A stretch of 64,000 nucleotides of DNA from NCBI GenBank assembly GCA_046563655.1, contig CM102284.1:8494001-8558000 (forward strand), read 5' to 3'. The translations under genes were made by a program, and so were the position numbers. This document shows, piece by piece, positions 24,701-37,459 of the stretch; position 1 is the stretch's first letter; each line of letters opens with the position of its first letter. Source of the DNA: Yuukianura sp. NJ FZ-2021. Its lineage: Eukaryota. The notes below the pieces were generated by a model. That model had not been told where the DNA came from and did no database searches. It saw nothing but the letters and a program-made list of their open reading frames with translations.

Positions 24701-27700
24701 TTCGTGAATTTGAATTTTACAATTTTTAGAGAAAGCGAAAAAAAAATTAATCTAACCTCTCAATGATAAAAGTCCGTTCAAACAAGCAAAATTTCACGCA
24801 AATGGCGTTGAATCGTACATTTTTCTTTCTTGATTTTTCTTTTGCCTAATTTTTTTCCTTGTCTTTTGGTTGATTGTCATTTGGCTTAAATTGTTTTAAA
24901 TTCTTTGAAAATGTGTTAAATTTTAGAAAAAATGTAAATTTTTTGCTAAATGTTGAAGAGTATTTGTTAATTCTTAGTGTGAGGAGTGTCTTTCGTTGAG
25001 GTGTTTAGTTTGGTTGATGAATGGAGGGGAGTGGAACGTGGCTAATGATTTCCAGTGACACTGGAAAACCATTTCTCACTTTCCTTTGTCTCTCCAACAT
25101 CATAAACAACAAGTCATTTACAACAAAACAAGCCAAGAAGCCAACTTCTAACATCTTAGAGTTGGCAATGATCACTCGCATCACTTGTTCAAATAAAAAT
25201 ACTTTTTAAAAAGCCAAGTTGGGAATGGATGGAAGTCGGAAGTGAATGTTAATTTACCTCCCGACTTCTCCCTTTGCTGCTCAACTGGAACAAATGCACT
25301 TCCTTCCGTCAAACTACTCCAGCGATCCATGAATCATACTTCCATAATCCACATCATCCACAATCCATTCCATAATCCACATCATCCACAAATCCATTCC
25401 ACAATTACACAACTCCAGAACTTCCCTATTCCAAGGCGAGGTCAAAGGTCATAGTCTAAAAAACAAAAATGCAAATCTGCAACATTTCATCTTCAGTTCC
25501 AAAAATCAGAGATTGGTAAGTTGGTGAGTTAAAAGTGAATCAAAATCAAAGAAAACCAGGCTCAAGGAGGACTTGGAAGTCCAAAAGTTTGAGTACTTTT
25601 CATGTTGTTGGAGAGGTCAAAAGGTCAAAGATTTCATGTTTTTGGCTCAGTTTGTGCTTGGAAGTGGGAGTTTGATGCCTGGACATGAAAGTAGTGGAAG
25701 GAAGTTGTCCCCCTCCGCTGTGGACTAAAATGCAAATGAATTCCGGCATGGAGGATTTGAACCGACGGCGGAAGTACTTTTCTACTTCTGTGAACAATCC
25801 GCCTCCGTCTCCTTCCTCCACTCACTTCCTACTCCACTTCCGCTCTCCACCGACTCTAATGAGCACAGGTCAACCCAAGGTCAAACTCTAAACAATTTTC
25901 AAAATTTCATCATTTTAAAAAATAATGGTGGTTCAAAATTTCATCATTTCAAAAAATAGTGGTGACGATCAGAATTGGAGAGATGACAATGGAATATTTG
26001 TGAGCTAGGAAACAATACTCCTCAGAATTCCTGGAGCAGATCAAACTTTGAGCATAAAAAACAGTCACGACTGTTGTGGATTCGAGAGAAGATGATCAAG
26101 ACGTGATGCACCTCCAGCATCTTCCAAATTCCTTCATGTTCCCAGGATGGGTTTCCAATAAAAATGCGCATGAGTGGTGAGTTTGGTCCATTCGCAGCCT
26201 CCTTTCTCCCAGGGAAAGCCCATTTCTAATCCAATTTGTCTAAACCCCTCCTTTTGTCTTTTCTCCCCTCCACTCACTTCTCAAATTCAAACTTTCTCTC
26301 AAACTTTTCACTTTCTCTCACTTCTCTCTTTTCACTCACGCAAAACTACCCCCTACAACTTTCCATTCAAACAACGAAGTCTTACTGTCAAAATACTCCG
26401 GGAATGCATAATTTATTAAATTGTGATCATAAATTTCTGTGACATTCCAGTGCTTAATGAAGGTGAGGAATCGCACAATGTTCTCACTTTTGCGTTTTGA
26501 CCTCATCTGTCACTGTCACTCTACGCAGGACGACCTCCGTGTCTGTTGTGGTGGACAAGCATGGAGGATTGAAAAGTGAGGAGAGTTGAGCCGTGGAGTT
26601 GAGAAAGCGATAATAAATGTGATTTTAATCTGGGTAGAATCCTACTTTCTCTTTGGAGGGGAAAGTAAAAAGAGGAATCAATTAAAAAGACGTAATTTCT
26701 GTTCTGAGAGGGAGAGATGAGAGTCCTTTCTTCTTTTTATCAAGGATCTCTCTCCGCAGCATCCCAATCTCCGCAAGAGGATTAGTCCACAGTCACTCAA
26801 GGACTCAAAGTCACTTCAACTGGCTTTCATCTCCACTTCCACCGCTTTTCAATCCCACCAAATCCCATCTCCTACTCTACAACAAGGAAAGGAAAAGAAA
26901 AATAGAAAGTACAATGTTCAGTCTGTCTATACAGAAACTATTGATTTCCTGTTAACATTTGATTTAGTTAGCTTAATGCTTAAGAAACATTAATGCTAAT
27001 TTGGTAAAAGCGAAGAGTAAGAGATTGAATTCCAATTAAGGGAGGAGTGAGTGTGATAATTAATTAAAATGAGTGCATTAATTGTTATTAGTTTTGCATT
27101 AATTCCAATTTCATATGGATAAGAATGTAAGTTGGCGTGGGTGAACAGTGAGTGTCAGTTGGTGTCATATCACAGTGTGATTTGTGTGAATTTTCATGTC
27201 GTGCAGACTGTTGTCTTAAAAGTGGACTCTCGATTTTGGCAGGATCCTATGCGGATATTATGCGGAACAAAAAGGTTCCTCACTTTTTTCAACTTGTGAC
27301 GTCACGCTATCTGACGTCACTTCATTCGGCATTCCCTTATGTTATCTCGCATTCTTTCACAAAACACCTTGGTTGTTTTAAAATCATTTTCATATGGCGT
27401 TTAAATCAATACAAAAAAAATCAATAATTTCTTTTTACTTTGAAAACTTTAAAACTTTGCATTCAAAATTTTGAATTTCCAATCTATGCACCTCTATCAG
27501 TTAAGTTCAATTGGCGATTTCACACAACGTGCAAATTTCTTTTTGCAAAAAGCACAGGTTCAGAATTTTTGCAAATTCTAAAGCAATTTACTTTTTTTTT
27601 AATTTCAAATCAAAAGAAATCAAAGCATTTATTTCCCTTTCACCATTTTTTGAGCCCTTTTATTTCCATTTTGCATCAGTCCTAACATTTCAAAAAACAA

Positions 27701-27963
27701 AACTAAAGAATCACAACAGAGAAAATGAAAATTACTTGAGAGTTTAAGTAACAAAGTGTTAAGTTCAATATCAATTACCACCACTATTTCGTCCCGCTAA
27801 AATTATTTCTTCCAAGTTACAATTCTTTAGAAATTATTTCTTTCATAATTTTTGAAATTACTTCTTTCATCATCTTTTTAAACTATTTCGTTGCCCTTTC
27901 CCGTGCATTTTGGTCTCGTGCTGAGTGAATAACTATGAATAGTTCCTACTTTCTCCTTCCTCG

Positions 27964-30900
27964 TCACTTTTTCTTCTTGTCAGTGTCTCCTTTCTTGGGC
28001 GACTTCTTGGGTGACCCCGCAGTGACTGCGTTCTTGTTCCCATTGACCTTTTGAGTGACCTTGTTCTTGCTCTTCCCTCCCTTGACCTTTGACACTCCCT
28101 TGCTGTTCCAGTAGTACAACATTTGAAGGGCAATGACAGCGTTGCATGCAGAAGCCGCTGCAAAGGTCACGATCACCACAGAGTCCCCTGTTTCCTGGAT
28201 GGACGTGTAGATTCTAGCAGTGGAGCCAAAGAACAGCATGAACACAGTCACCGCAGACAGTTGACCAGTCGACTGGTTCTTGTAGTTCGCCACTGCCTGG
28301 ATCATCTACAAACCAAAAAACATCATTTTAAAATTTCAAAATTTTAAAATTTCAATAAATAAAATTCTTTCAAAATCATTCAAATCAAGATCTTAGCCTT
28401 GAACATCTCAGTCCAATGTTACACAACCAATAATTAGCACAATTTCACACCTCCACACTTGCATTCCTCCACTCGTAAGTTACGAACGACCATCACTATG
28501 ACTCTCAAACCTTCGTTTTTTAAAAACTTCCTGACTCATGTTGGAGTCATTAATTAGAGAATACAAGGAAGCCCTGAGCCACCGTCGTCCCACAGCCACC
28601 GTGATGAGCCCCAAACCCACACAACTGGAACCACCACCATCTTCATCTTAAAGTTGGAGTGACAAAGAAGATGATTAATTTAGGACTTTAATTACAAGTC
28701 CATCGGCATTATTAAGAAATTAAAATGGATTGAGGAGATGACAGTCATCATGGCCCTCTCTTCCTCTTTTCTCTAAAAACCACCCCAAAACTTTACTAAT
28801 TACACAAAACAAAAGGAAACTTCACACCTCACCCATAAGTCCTCACAACGATTAATTTACCCCAAAATGAGAAAAGTTGCCACTTTTACAATGGACCACA
28901 AACATTCCAAATGAACTTTTCCCTCAACGCATCTCTCTCTTCATTACTTTTTCACACTTGTTCAAAGGAGAAGCCGATCGTTTCCAAAATGCCAAGTTTT
29001 TTGAAAAATTAAGTTTGAAATTGGATTGGTGGGATTAAAAAGGAGGAAGTCTACAGGAGAGGTGTAAAAAGTAGGCATAAATGAAGGTAGTGGAACATCA
29101 TTAATAATCCAGACACTGAAGGGAAGTTCCGCTCAAGATGAAATTGGGAAGAGAGAGTAGCAAGTGATTTTTAAAAAGAAATCTCTCCTCTCAACACCTT
29201 CAAAAAACTAAATTAATTGTACTTTAAGTTACCGAAACCACAAAAATCCTAAACTCCAAAAAAACATCCCAAGAAAAAAATCCTCATAATTAAAAGTTCT
29301 CCATCAACTAAAATATCGTTCACTCCAAAAATTCAATCCTGCAGCATGAAATTTCATAAAAACTGGATTTTCAGTTTTTAAAAAACTAGAAAATCGTAAT
29401 TTTTGAAGTTCAAAAATTAGTAAGTTCAAAATTTGAACTTACTCTGCTTGTGATGATGATTGGTACGTTGAGAGCTTGCATTGACCAGAGGACGTCGACC
29501 GGCGTCACTCCAGAAATGAGTCCATAAAGTACTGCTGCGTAACCCACGAAGAAGCTCATTGGCAGGAGATTACTTGCGTAGTTGTACTTGAGCACCAGAG
29601 CAGCGATGATGCTGGTTTGTACTGCCATGAACGACACTTCACCCCACGCACTGAAATCAAAATTCAAACATCAATTTCAAATTTTCAAACATCAATTTCA
29701 AATTATATGCAGGAAAAATCAAAAACTGAGACAAACATTTCCAAATTTTTGGACCAAGGAGAGTTTCCAACTTTGTAATTTGTATAACGCCGCTAATGCC
29801 TTAACGTTTCAACGGTTGGTATGCTGTGATTTCATTTTTATAAAAAATTTGAAAAAAGAAGTTGAAAAAACAAAACGGAAGACGTTGTAATTGTCGTTCC
29901 GGAAATCAATCGTGGTGGATTTTGGAAAAAAAAGAGAGAAAATGAGTGATTTCCTTGGACATGCCCTGATGCACTCTGACCTCTCCTTGACATTTCCATC
30001 CGTCACATTTCATGTCAACTTTTTCTCAAAATCCACCAGTCATGCATCCCAATACAAAAACCTACGAAACGTAATTAGAACCAATCAAAACTCAAAACCT
30101 CAAAGGGAAGACGACGGGAGGAGGACATACAAAAAATCAAATTAAAAATTAGTTCTTTGATTTTTTCCCACGACTTTACCAGAAAAAAAGAAGAAAAAAG
30201 ACAAGTTCTGTGTTGTGTGAAAAAATTGTCATGATCCGATGAGTATCGTTTTGTTCCAAACTTCAACAGAGACAACAGTAAAAACCAAAATACGAAAAAA
30301 CTGAACCGTAAAATCCAACTTTACCAAAAACTGCTGATTTCATTCTCAGAGGAACCAATTAAATTCTACTCAAAGTTAGACGCCGTACGACCAAAATTTG
30401 AACTCAAAAGCACGCAATCCTAGACCAAAAGTTGAAAAATTCAAACTGAAAAGCTAAAAAGCGAAAATTGAAAATTGAGGTGTTGGTGTTGCTTTTTAAT
30501 CAAGACTTACAAATTACTGCTTAAAGATTTCGTGATAAATTCGAGTAGCTGTCTCACAGGAAGAGATTCCCCTCTAGGAAAATCAGTTTCGGAGGCAGTG
30601 CTCTCTCATTTTTTAGAGAAGATGAATACTAGAGCAGGAAAATGTAGAAAGGAGGCCCTTCAAGGGCCCACTTTCAAACTTGTTTAATCAATTCTCATCT
30701 CCCAGGCATCTCTTAAGGCTTCTAGCTTCGACCCACCGAAAAAATTAAAAATGTGATTGAAGCGCTTCAATTTCAGAAACTTCCAACACCTTCCCTCCAA
30801 CATGTTCTAATTATGGAGAATTAAGGTGAAGATGCTGAATCAATCAGAACGAAGGTGCGAACCACCCCCTGTGCTCACAAATCCCCAAATTCAAATTCTC

Positions 30901-33012
30901 ATCTTCGTCATCCCTCCTTCCCACGGCACAACTTAAAAGAGATCAATCAAAAATCCAACCAAAGATCATCACTCAACACTCCTCTGATCACGAGAAAAAA
31001 CTTAAAAATTGAAAATTGGATGTTAATTAAAATTTTAAGGGGTAATTAAGAGTCCAAGGTCCTCTGATTTCCTGACTCCATCTTAAGCATATAACCTTGA
31101 AATGAACTTCTGAAAACCTTGGAGGATTTGTCGTGCTTTTGAGAATTAGCGAAGGCCAAAGTATAACAAAGAGTCTCCCCAGAGGGGATGATGGAAGATG
31201 GAAAGTAAAGTGAGTAGCAGGAGGCGTGTCGACTACATTTATAATCAAATGATCCGATCCAGGTCACAGTGAATAAATTTCAAAGTCCCACTGCGACACA
31301 AAAAGTTAGGAAACGTGACATGATGAAGGAGGATTTGCACAAAGTTTAGAATGGTCGAGGCTGTCATTCCGTTGGACCAAATGACAAGTCATCGCTCAAA
31401 CCAACCAACAGTTCAGCTTCTTAAGCATTCTCATAAGAATCTAATGGTTTTTAGACAAGATTCAAAATTAGAAGAATGTAATTGGAAGAAGATGCGGCGG
31501 GAGATGAGAGTTGTGCAGAGGTTAATGATGATTTGGGAAGATGCGAAGGGCACTTGGGGGGCTCTGTGGTCCAAAAACATGACAAATGAGTGTAGCAGCA
31601 GGTAGCTCACACCACCAGGGGGGCAACTTCTCAAAAAACACACCACCAACACACAATTTACAAAATATTCTCAAATACTCTCAAAATGAAAATTTTCAAA
31701 ATCTGCCAAAAACCAAAACCAATCACTCATTTTTCCAAAAAACTCATTTTCAACATCACCCTGAACAGAAATGCGTGAAATCCCAATTTAAAAAAATTCA
31801 AAATCCAAAATTTCCTAAAAACAAAACTTTTTTGGAACTTAAAATTTCTGTTGAATTTCTACGCCATTTAGGTCCCAAATTCATAAAACTATGAGAAAAT
31901 AATAGGAAAATGCATGTAAAATTGAGTTGAGTGGCGTTGAGGATGGAAATGAATTTGTGAAGAATTAATTTGAGTTTGACCTGTGATTCATTTTCCTCTG
32001 GTTTTTAACAATGTTGTGGAAGTAGGAGGTTTGAAAACGGAAAGAAGTGGAAGTTGCGTTTAATAAATCAAGCGTTAGTAGAGGGAGGAGGCGTTCTGTT
32101 TTCCATTCCTGGAGAACTTGTTTCAAATCGCTACTCTGGATGGAAATTTGTAAATGGGCTCAGAACACGCGTAGGAATAAAAGTGATCTTCCCTTGGTTT
32201 ATGATCCGAATTTTGGGAGATCTCGATCATAACTTTTGTGGAGAGAAAGAGAAAGTAGGGTTTGTGAAATAAATAGAGAAAATTGTGAACTTGATGGATC
32301 ATTCACCTACTTCAAATGTTCTCAAACCATTTCAAATAAATGATCTCTCCCATAATGGTAAAAATGGCAAATTCGTTTCAAATCAGTTTAGGTTCCCATC
32401 CTCTTTCCACTCACTCCCAAATACAATTCTTGGGATCAATCTACGATACTCTAACTTTGATGAGAAATGGAAAGATTAGCAACTCAAACAAGTTGCTAAA
32501 AAGATGTTTCAAAAGTGAGTTTGAAATGCTTACCTGAAAGGAAATCCTTTGCAGTAGGAGTATGCCAGATTTGAGGACATGGCGAATAGTTCCAGTAGAA
32601 CTCCGATGAACGTGATTCCAGCTGCACTTTGATTCTTCAGAATTTTCCCAATTTGAGGCACTTTGACTAAATACAGAAAACGAAACGTTAGTTAGCACTT
32701 TGTAGTTGAGTAGTTAGTAGTAGTGTTTTTGTTGTGGTACCGAAAAGAGAGCCAAGGATGATTCCAAGTCCCAGCCCTTTGCTGAGTCCATACTTCAAAC
32801 AAGGAACTGCAAAAAACAAACAAACCGTCAATTAAGAACTGGCAAATTGACTCGTTCAATTACGTTGACCATTAAAAAAGTAAGTAGGAACGTTGAGCGA
32901 CACTGATCTCGTGTGCACTGTATTTACCATCAGTGAAGTTGTAGTCGATGAGAAACGTGTTGAAGCATTCCTCGCTCAGAATCGGAGAGAGTACGAGTCG
33001 CAGAGTATCCAT
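27964..33012 (-). CDS. MPDU1: Mannose-P-dolichol utilization defect 1 (PQ-loop protein, ~277 aa). Exons 33012-32928, 32806-32741, 32666-32534, 29650-29443, 28305-27964.
   Basis: [85 protein letters not shown]; C-terminal KKKK (di-lysine ER retrieval). Phases are consistent. Confidence 0.93.
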
Positions 33013-33933
33013 GATTCAGGCTTTAAGTTACTGATCGATCCTGGAAAACAAAGTATCAAAGATAGAAATGTTTAGCAAAACGAATGGTACACTTGTAGAA
33101 TTACATTTCTGCCATTTCCACTCAAATTACAATGAAACTGACCTGTTTATCCTTGATCCGTTGTTACCAGTAAATCCGTGAAGGTCCAGAAAGTGTGATT
33201 TTTCAGTTCCCTTCCTTGTTCAGTTGTTGAAATTGGAAAGAAGGAGAAAGATTCCACGTCCTCACCTGTCAGTTCCCGGCAAAAGCGTGAGAGTGTGGCC
33301 TGAGTTTAGTTTCTGCTGCTTTCAAGTGAAGGTCAACCACACTCTGGAACTGGAATGGAAGAGAGGGAATGATTAGAAACACAATGGCCAAATCTAATTA
33401 AATCAAACACAGCTCTTACCTCTCTCTCTCGTCTCAGGTAGGTGTCAAAGTACTCAACACAAGTTAAGTGGCTTGATTGATATTCGCATATTGCATATGG
33501 CATATGCAAAAAAAAATTGACAAAAAAAACATGTGTTTGAATAATATTTGAAAACAGCGCGGCTACTTATTTTGCCCCAAGCTTGAACTTTTCTCAACGC
33601 GAGTTTTTATGACAATAACAAAACGAGACGCAACAACGCCACACAATAAAATTCTGAGAAGTGAGTGTGAGAAGTGACAAAAAACGATTTGCTAAAACAA
33701 TTAAAATTAACAACGGTGCCAATTACATTAAAATGGGCAATTACTGCAATGGAATTGTCAGTATTTCCTGTAATTACTATTACTGGGTAAGTAGTTTTAG
33801 CAACCATCCAGTTCATGTCAACAAGTCAGCTAACAACCAATTCTATAACGATTTTGCAACAGGAAAGTGTAAAAATGGTGACAAATGTGTAATTAAAAAT
33901 CTACTTTGTTAATTTTCTAAATTAGTGTACTCC

Positions 33934-36900
33934 ATGTTTTGGTTCCGAGCGGCCTACCTGCTGGCCCTGCTAATTGACCTCATCTGGGCCATTGGACTCG
34001 TCACTGCCATCATGCTCATGATCAACAACGGGAGTCAGCAGTCCAACATGGCCAATGACCCCACCATGAATGCCACCTTGACCTCTTACGTCTTCATCCT
34101 CATGTTCCAGTTTGTCATGATGGGACTCTGTCTCTTTGGATTCTTCAACGCATTCAAGATCTGGAGAAACAAGTACATGATGGACCACAGCCTTCGACGA
34201 CTCTTCATCATCGTAATTCCAACTTGATCAGCATCTCGTGACCTTGTTTAAAAACGTTTTTATTTCGTTGTCAGTGGGTGTGCTGTTGGGCCCTTTGTCT
34301 TCTGGGAATGCTGGCCATAGCCATGTACGCTTTGATCAAGGGGAAGGACCCCCAAGGTCAAATGGGCTTCATGTATGAAATGTTTACCAAATACGCCATT
34401 GACCCCAAGTTCGTCGCTTCATTCGAACGATACCAGAAGGACGTAAGTCAATTTCATGTCGTTTTCATTTCCTGTTGTTAAAAACGTTTTTTTATTCCAG
34501 CACAATTGTTGTGGGCTCTACGGTCCTGATGACTGGTTGATTGTGCAGTTACGTGCCAGTCCTGGAGGAGCAGCAGGAATGTCTGGAGGAATGTTTGGTG
34601 GAGGGATGGACGATGGATACCAACAGAATCCATCCACTGGAAAATGTCACATGTATCAACCTGTCATACCGCCAGTACACATCTCTTAGTCTCCAGCATC
34701 CTCGCATTCCTAATTTGATTCTTCAACTAATTGGTTTACAACTATTCCAGGGTTGTGGTCCAATGCTCATGAAGGACGTCAACATAAAGCTTGGAATGTA
34801 CGCTGGACTGACCATTTGCCAAGTATTTCTGGGAATTGTCGCTGGTGAGTCGCTTTTTCAACTAAATTATTTCACTTGTTCTTAGAAAGTGAAAAGTTAC
34901 ATGCTTTTATTGGTTAGCTGTGATTGCGTGGTACTGTTTCTTCTATTGGCTGGAAAAGGAGGTAATCGTTATCCCAGAAGACGAAGTGTCAAACATTGTG
35001 GTCATTGAGCCAGACGAATCCGGGGACAAAATCTCTCGTCAGTTCACGGAACAACCTTACCACAACCAGCCGATGAGTCGATACAGCTACAAGCAAACTG
35101 GCATTTTCCATCCAATGGGATCAGGTTCGCATACCCGCCATTCCATGGGATTCGAACCCACCTCCAACTTCCATCACCACCACCAGCATCACGATCCAAC
35201 ACACTCCCCACTTCCTTCTGAAATGCTCACTCCAAGTCTCCGCCATTTTGTTCACACTCCAACCGCGCCAATTCCGCTTCACCACAACTCTTTCGTCGAA
35301 AATTCGTTTTCTGTTCGAACCAAAAACCATTCTACTCTCGACCACCAAACATCAAAGCTTACAGAGCATACGCACAAAGATCCTCCTGCTACTCCAGACG
35401 AAGTTGTTGACAAGCAACTAAAGACTCTTGGTGGCACAGTTTTGGCCAAGATGAAAGTGGATCACAAGTTGGACGATGCGCCTCCAGACGAAAAAACAAA
35501 GGAGAAGCCCAAAAGGCCTACCTTGGCCATTGTTCGAAACCAACACAAACACGATCCTCCCCCAGATCCGCCTCCAGGTCATCACGGTCAAACGGGCAAC
35601 TTGGCAGTGGACATTGCTGCGATGAGTGGAGGGAAAAAAGTTTTGGGCAAAATTGAAGATTTGGTTATTACGGATCATCCAGAAGCAAGAGAAAAACCAC
35701 CAGACACGGAAGTTTTGGGATCAGTTACTGGACTTGGTGCTGACTTTGCTCTGAACAACTTGCTGAACAAAGGTGCTGCGACTGCTGCAAAACAAAAAGA
35801 GCTTGAAAAGAAGAAGGAAACTGCACTCATCAAGCCAGTTGTGATCGGAACTAATGTAAATCTGCATGGTGGTGGAGGGTCACTGCTGCAGGATTTGGGT
35901 AAAAAGCAGGAAAAGGAGAAGGAAGCTGGAGGTGGGATCGTCGTACCCCATGGAATCAAGACCATGAAATATTTACCAATGACACATCACCAGACACCGA
36001 CACATCGACATACCAACGTAGATGACTTTGTGTACCACCATCAGCCACCGGCGACATTAGGGGATTTAGCTGTCCATCATAATGCGACACATCACGGAAG
36101 TATTGAACCTCGTGGTTCGATGGATTTCGGATTTGTAGATCCCAGGGATCTCGGGTCAAGCAGGATTAGGGAAAGTCTAATGTTTGGTAATCACAGTAGT
36201 TATGGACAAGATCACCATCATAGCATCGATGCAACACATCACCATCACGACAGTGCTGGAAGACCACACGAAAGCATTTTTGCAGCGGAACATCATCGTC
36301 CAAGTATTTTCAGTCCACATTTGGATCATCGGACGAGTACTTATGAGGAACATCATCACCATCCCAGTATTTACATCACGCCGCATCACGAAAACGCTTC
36401 TACTGCTCACCATAACGCCCATAGGCCAAGTCTTTACATCACGCCGCATCACGGAAGTGTTTCTCGCAATCCGCAAAATGCTCATCGACCAAGTCTTTTG
36501 ATAAAACCGAGGGGAGAACATTCTCGACTGAGCAGAGTGGTCCACCATCATCAGAAACAACGCAGTCGATCACGTAGTGAACGCAGTGAAGCCAGAGAAT
36601 CCCACCATCGTCACGCCCATGCCCATCCAAATAGCATAATTCCAGATGACGATCACCATCACTCTAATTTTAGACATACAGACATCTCAACGATTGACCA
36701 TCACAGACATGACAATCACACACATCATGACAATCACATACACCATGACAATCACACACACCATGACAATCACATACATCATGACAATCACGATCATCAT
36801 CACTCACATTCTCATGCAGGAGGATCCAGACGTCGCAGCAACGAACCTGGCCACCATCGACCTAGTCGTTATTTGGACGAACGTGGGCGAGAATCTCGCT

Positions 36901-37145
36901 ATTTGGACACTGGAAGAACACACAGAAATTCCTTCGACGAAGGTCGTGGCCGAGGTCACTCTCTGGACAGGTCAAGAACTCCACCACCACGACGTTCTTA
37001 TGACGATGACTATGAATATCAACCGACATCTTTCCAGAGACAAGAACGCAGTCGAAGTCGGAGTGTTGACTATGGACGACGCCGAACGGAGGACAATGCG
37101 CGTGTAATTTACAAAAATCCACGCAAACTGGAGGATTCGGACTAA
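33934..37145 (+). CDS. Tetraspanin-family protein with a very long His-rich C-terminal tail (~980 aa). Exons 33934-34212, 34275-34442, 34501-34674, 34751-34844, 34918-37145; N-terminus uncertain.
   Basis: Four hydrophobic segments. The large loop has HNCCGLYGPDDW (CCG motif), a third Cys, and GC before TM4. The phase-1 intron 34845-34917 joins TM4 to the 741-aa ORF. Confidence 0.8.
36708..36792 (+). repeat. Coding 18-bp tandem repeat encoding HDNH(T/I)H, 4-5 copies
   Basis: CATGACAATCACA(C/T)ACA(C/T) repeats within the tetraspanin tail. Confidence 0.85.
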
Positions 37146-37459
37146 AAAATTGGTTTTTTAAAATTTTAATTTCGAAATTAAATTGCTCCGCAATTAAATT
37201 TCTGACTGTACAATTAATTAAAGAAGTAAGTCGTTTTTAATTAATTTTGGCATGCGCTGGTCTGTTTTCTGCCCATCTCTGCTTCGTAGGGTGCTTCCGG
37301 TGGAGATATCTATCCTTTTCTGCTGCTTTCACTCTTTGTTTTTGTTTTGTTCTAAAAAAAACTTTGTTTTTAATTTTTAGTCCTTAGAAGGTCGTCAGAG
37401 GTCAAGTGTCAAAGTGTCCAGTGGGGGGAGTAACTAATTCATCAGTCGATTAGTTGATT

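Noticed and set aside
36177-37122. Overlapping alternate-frame ORFs (e.g. MTITIT..., 36646..37107)
   Set aside because: Shadows of the His-codon repeats in the tetraspanin tail.
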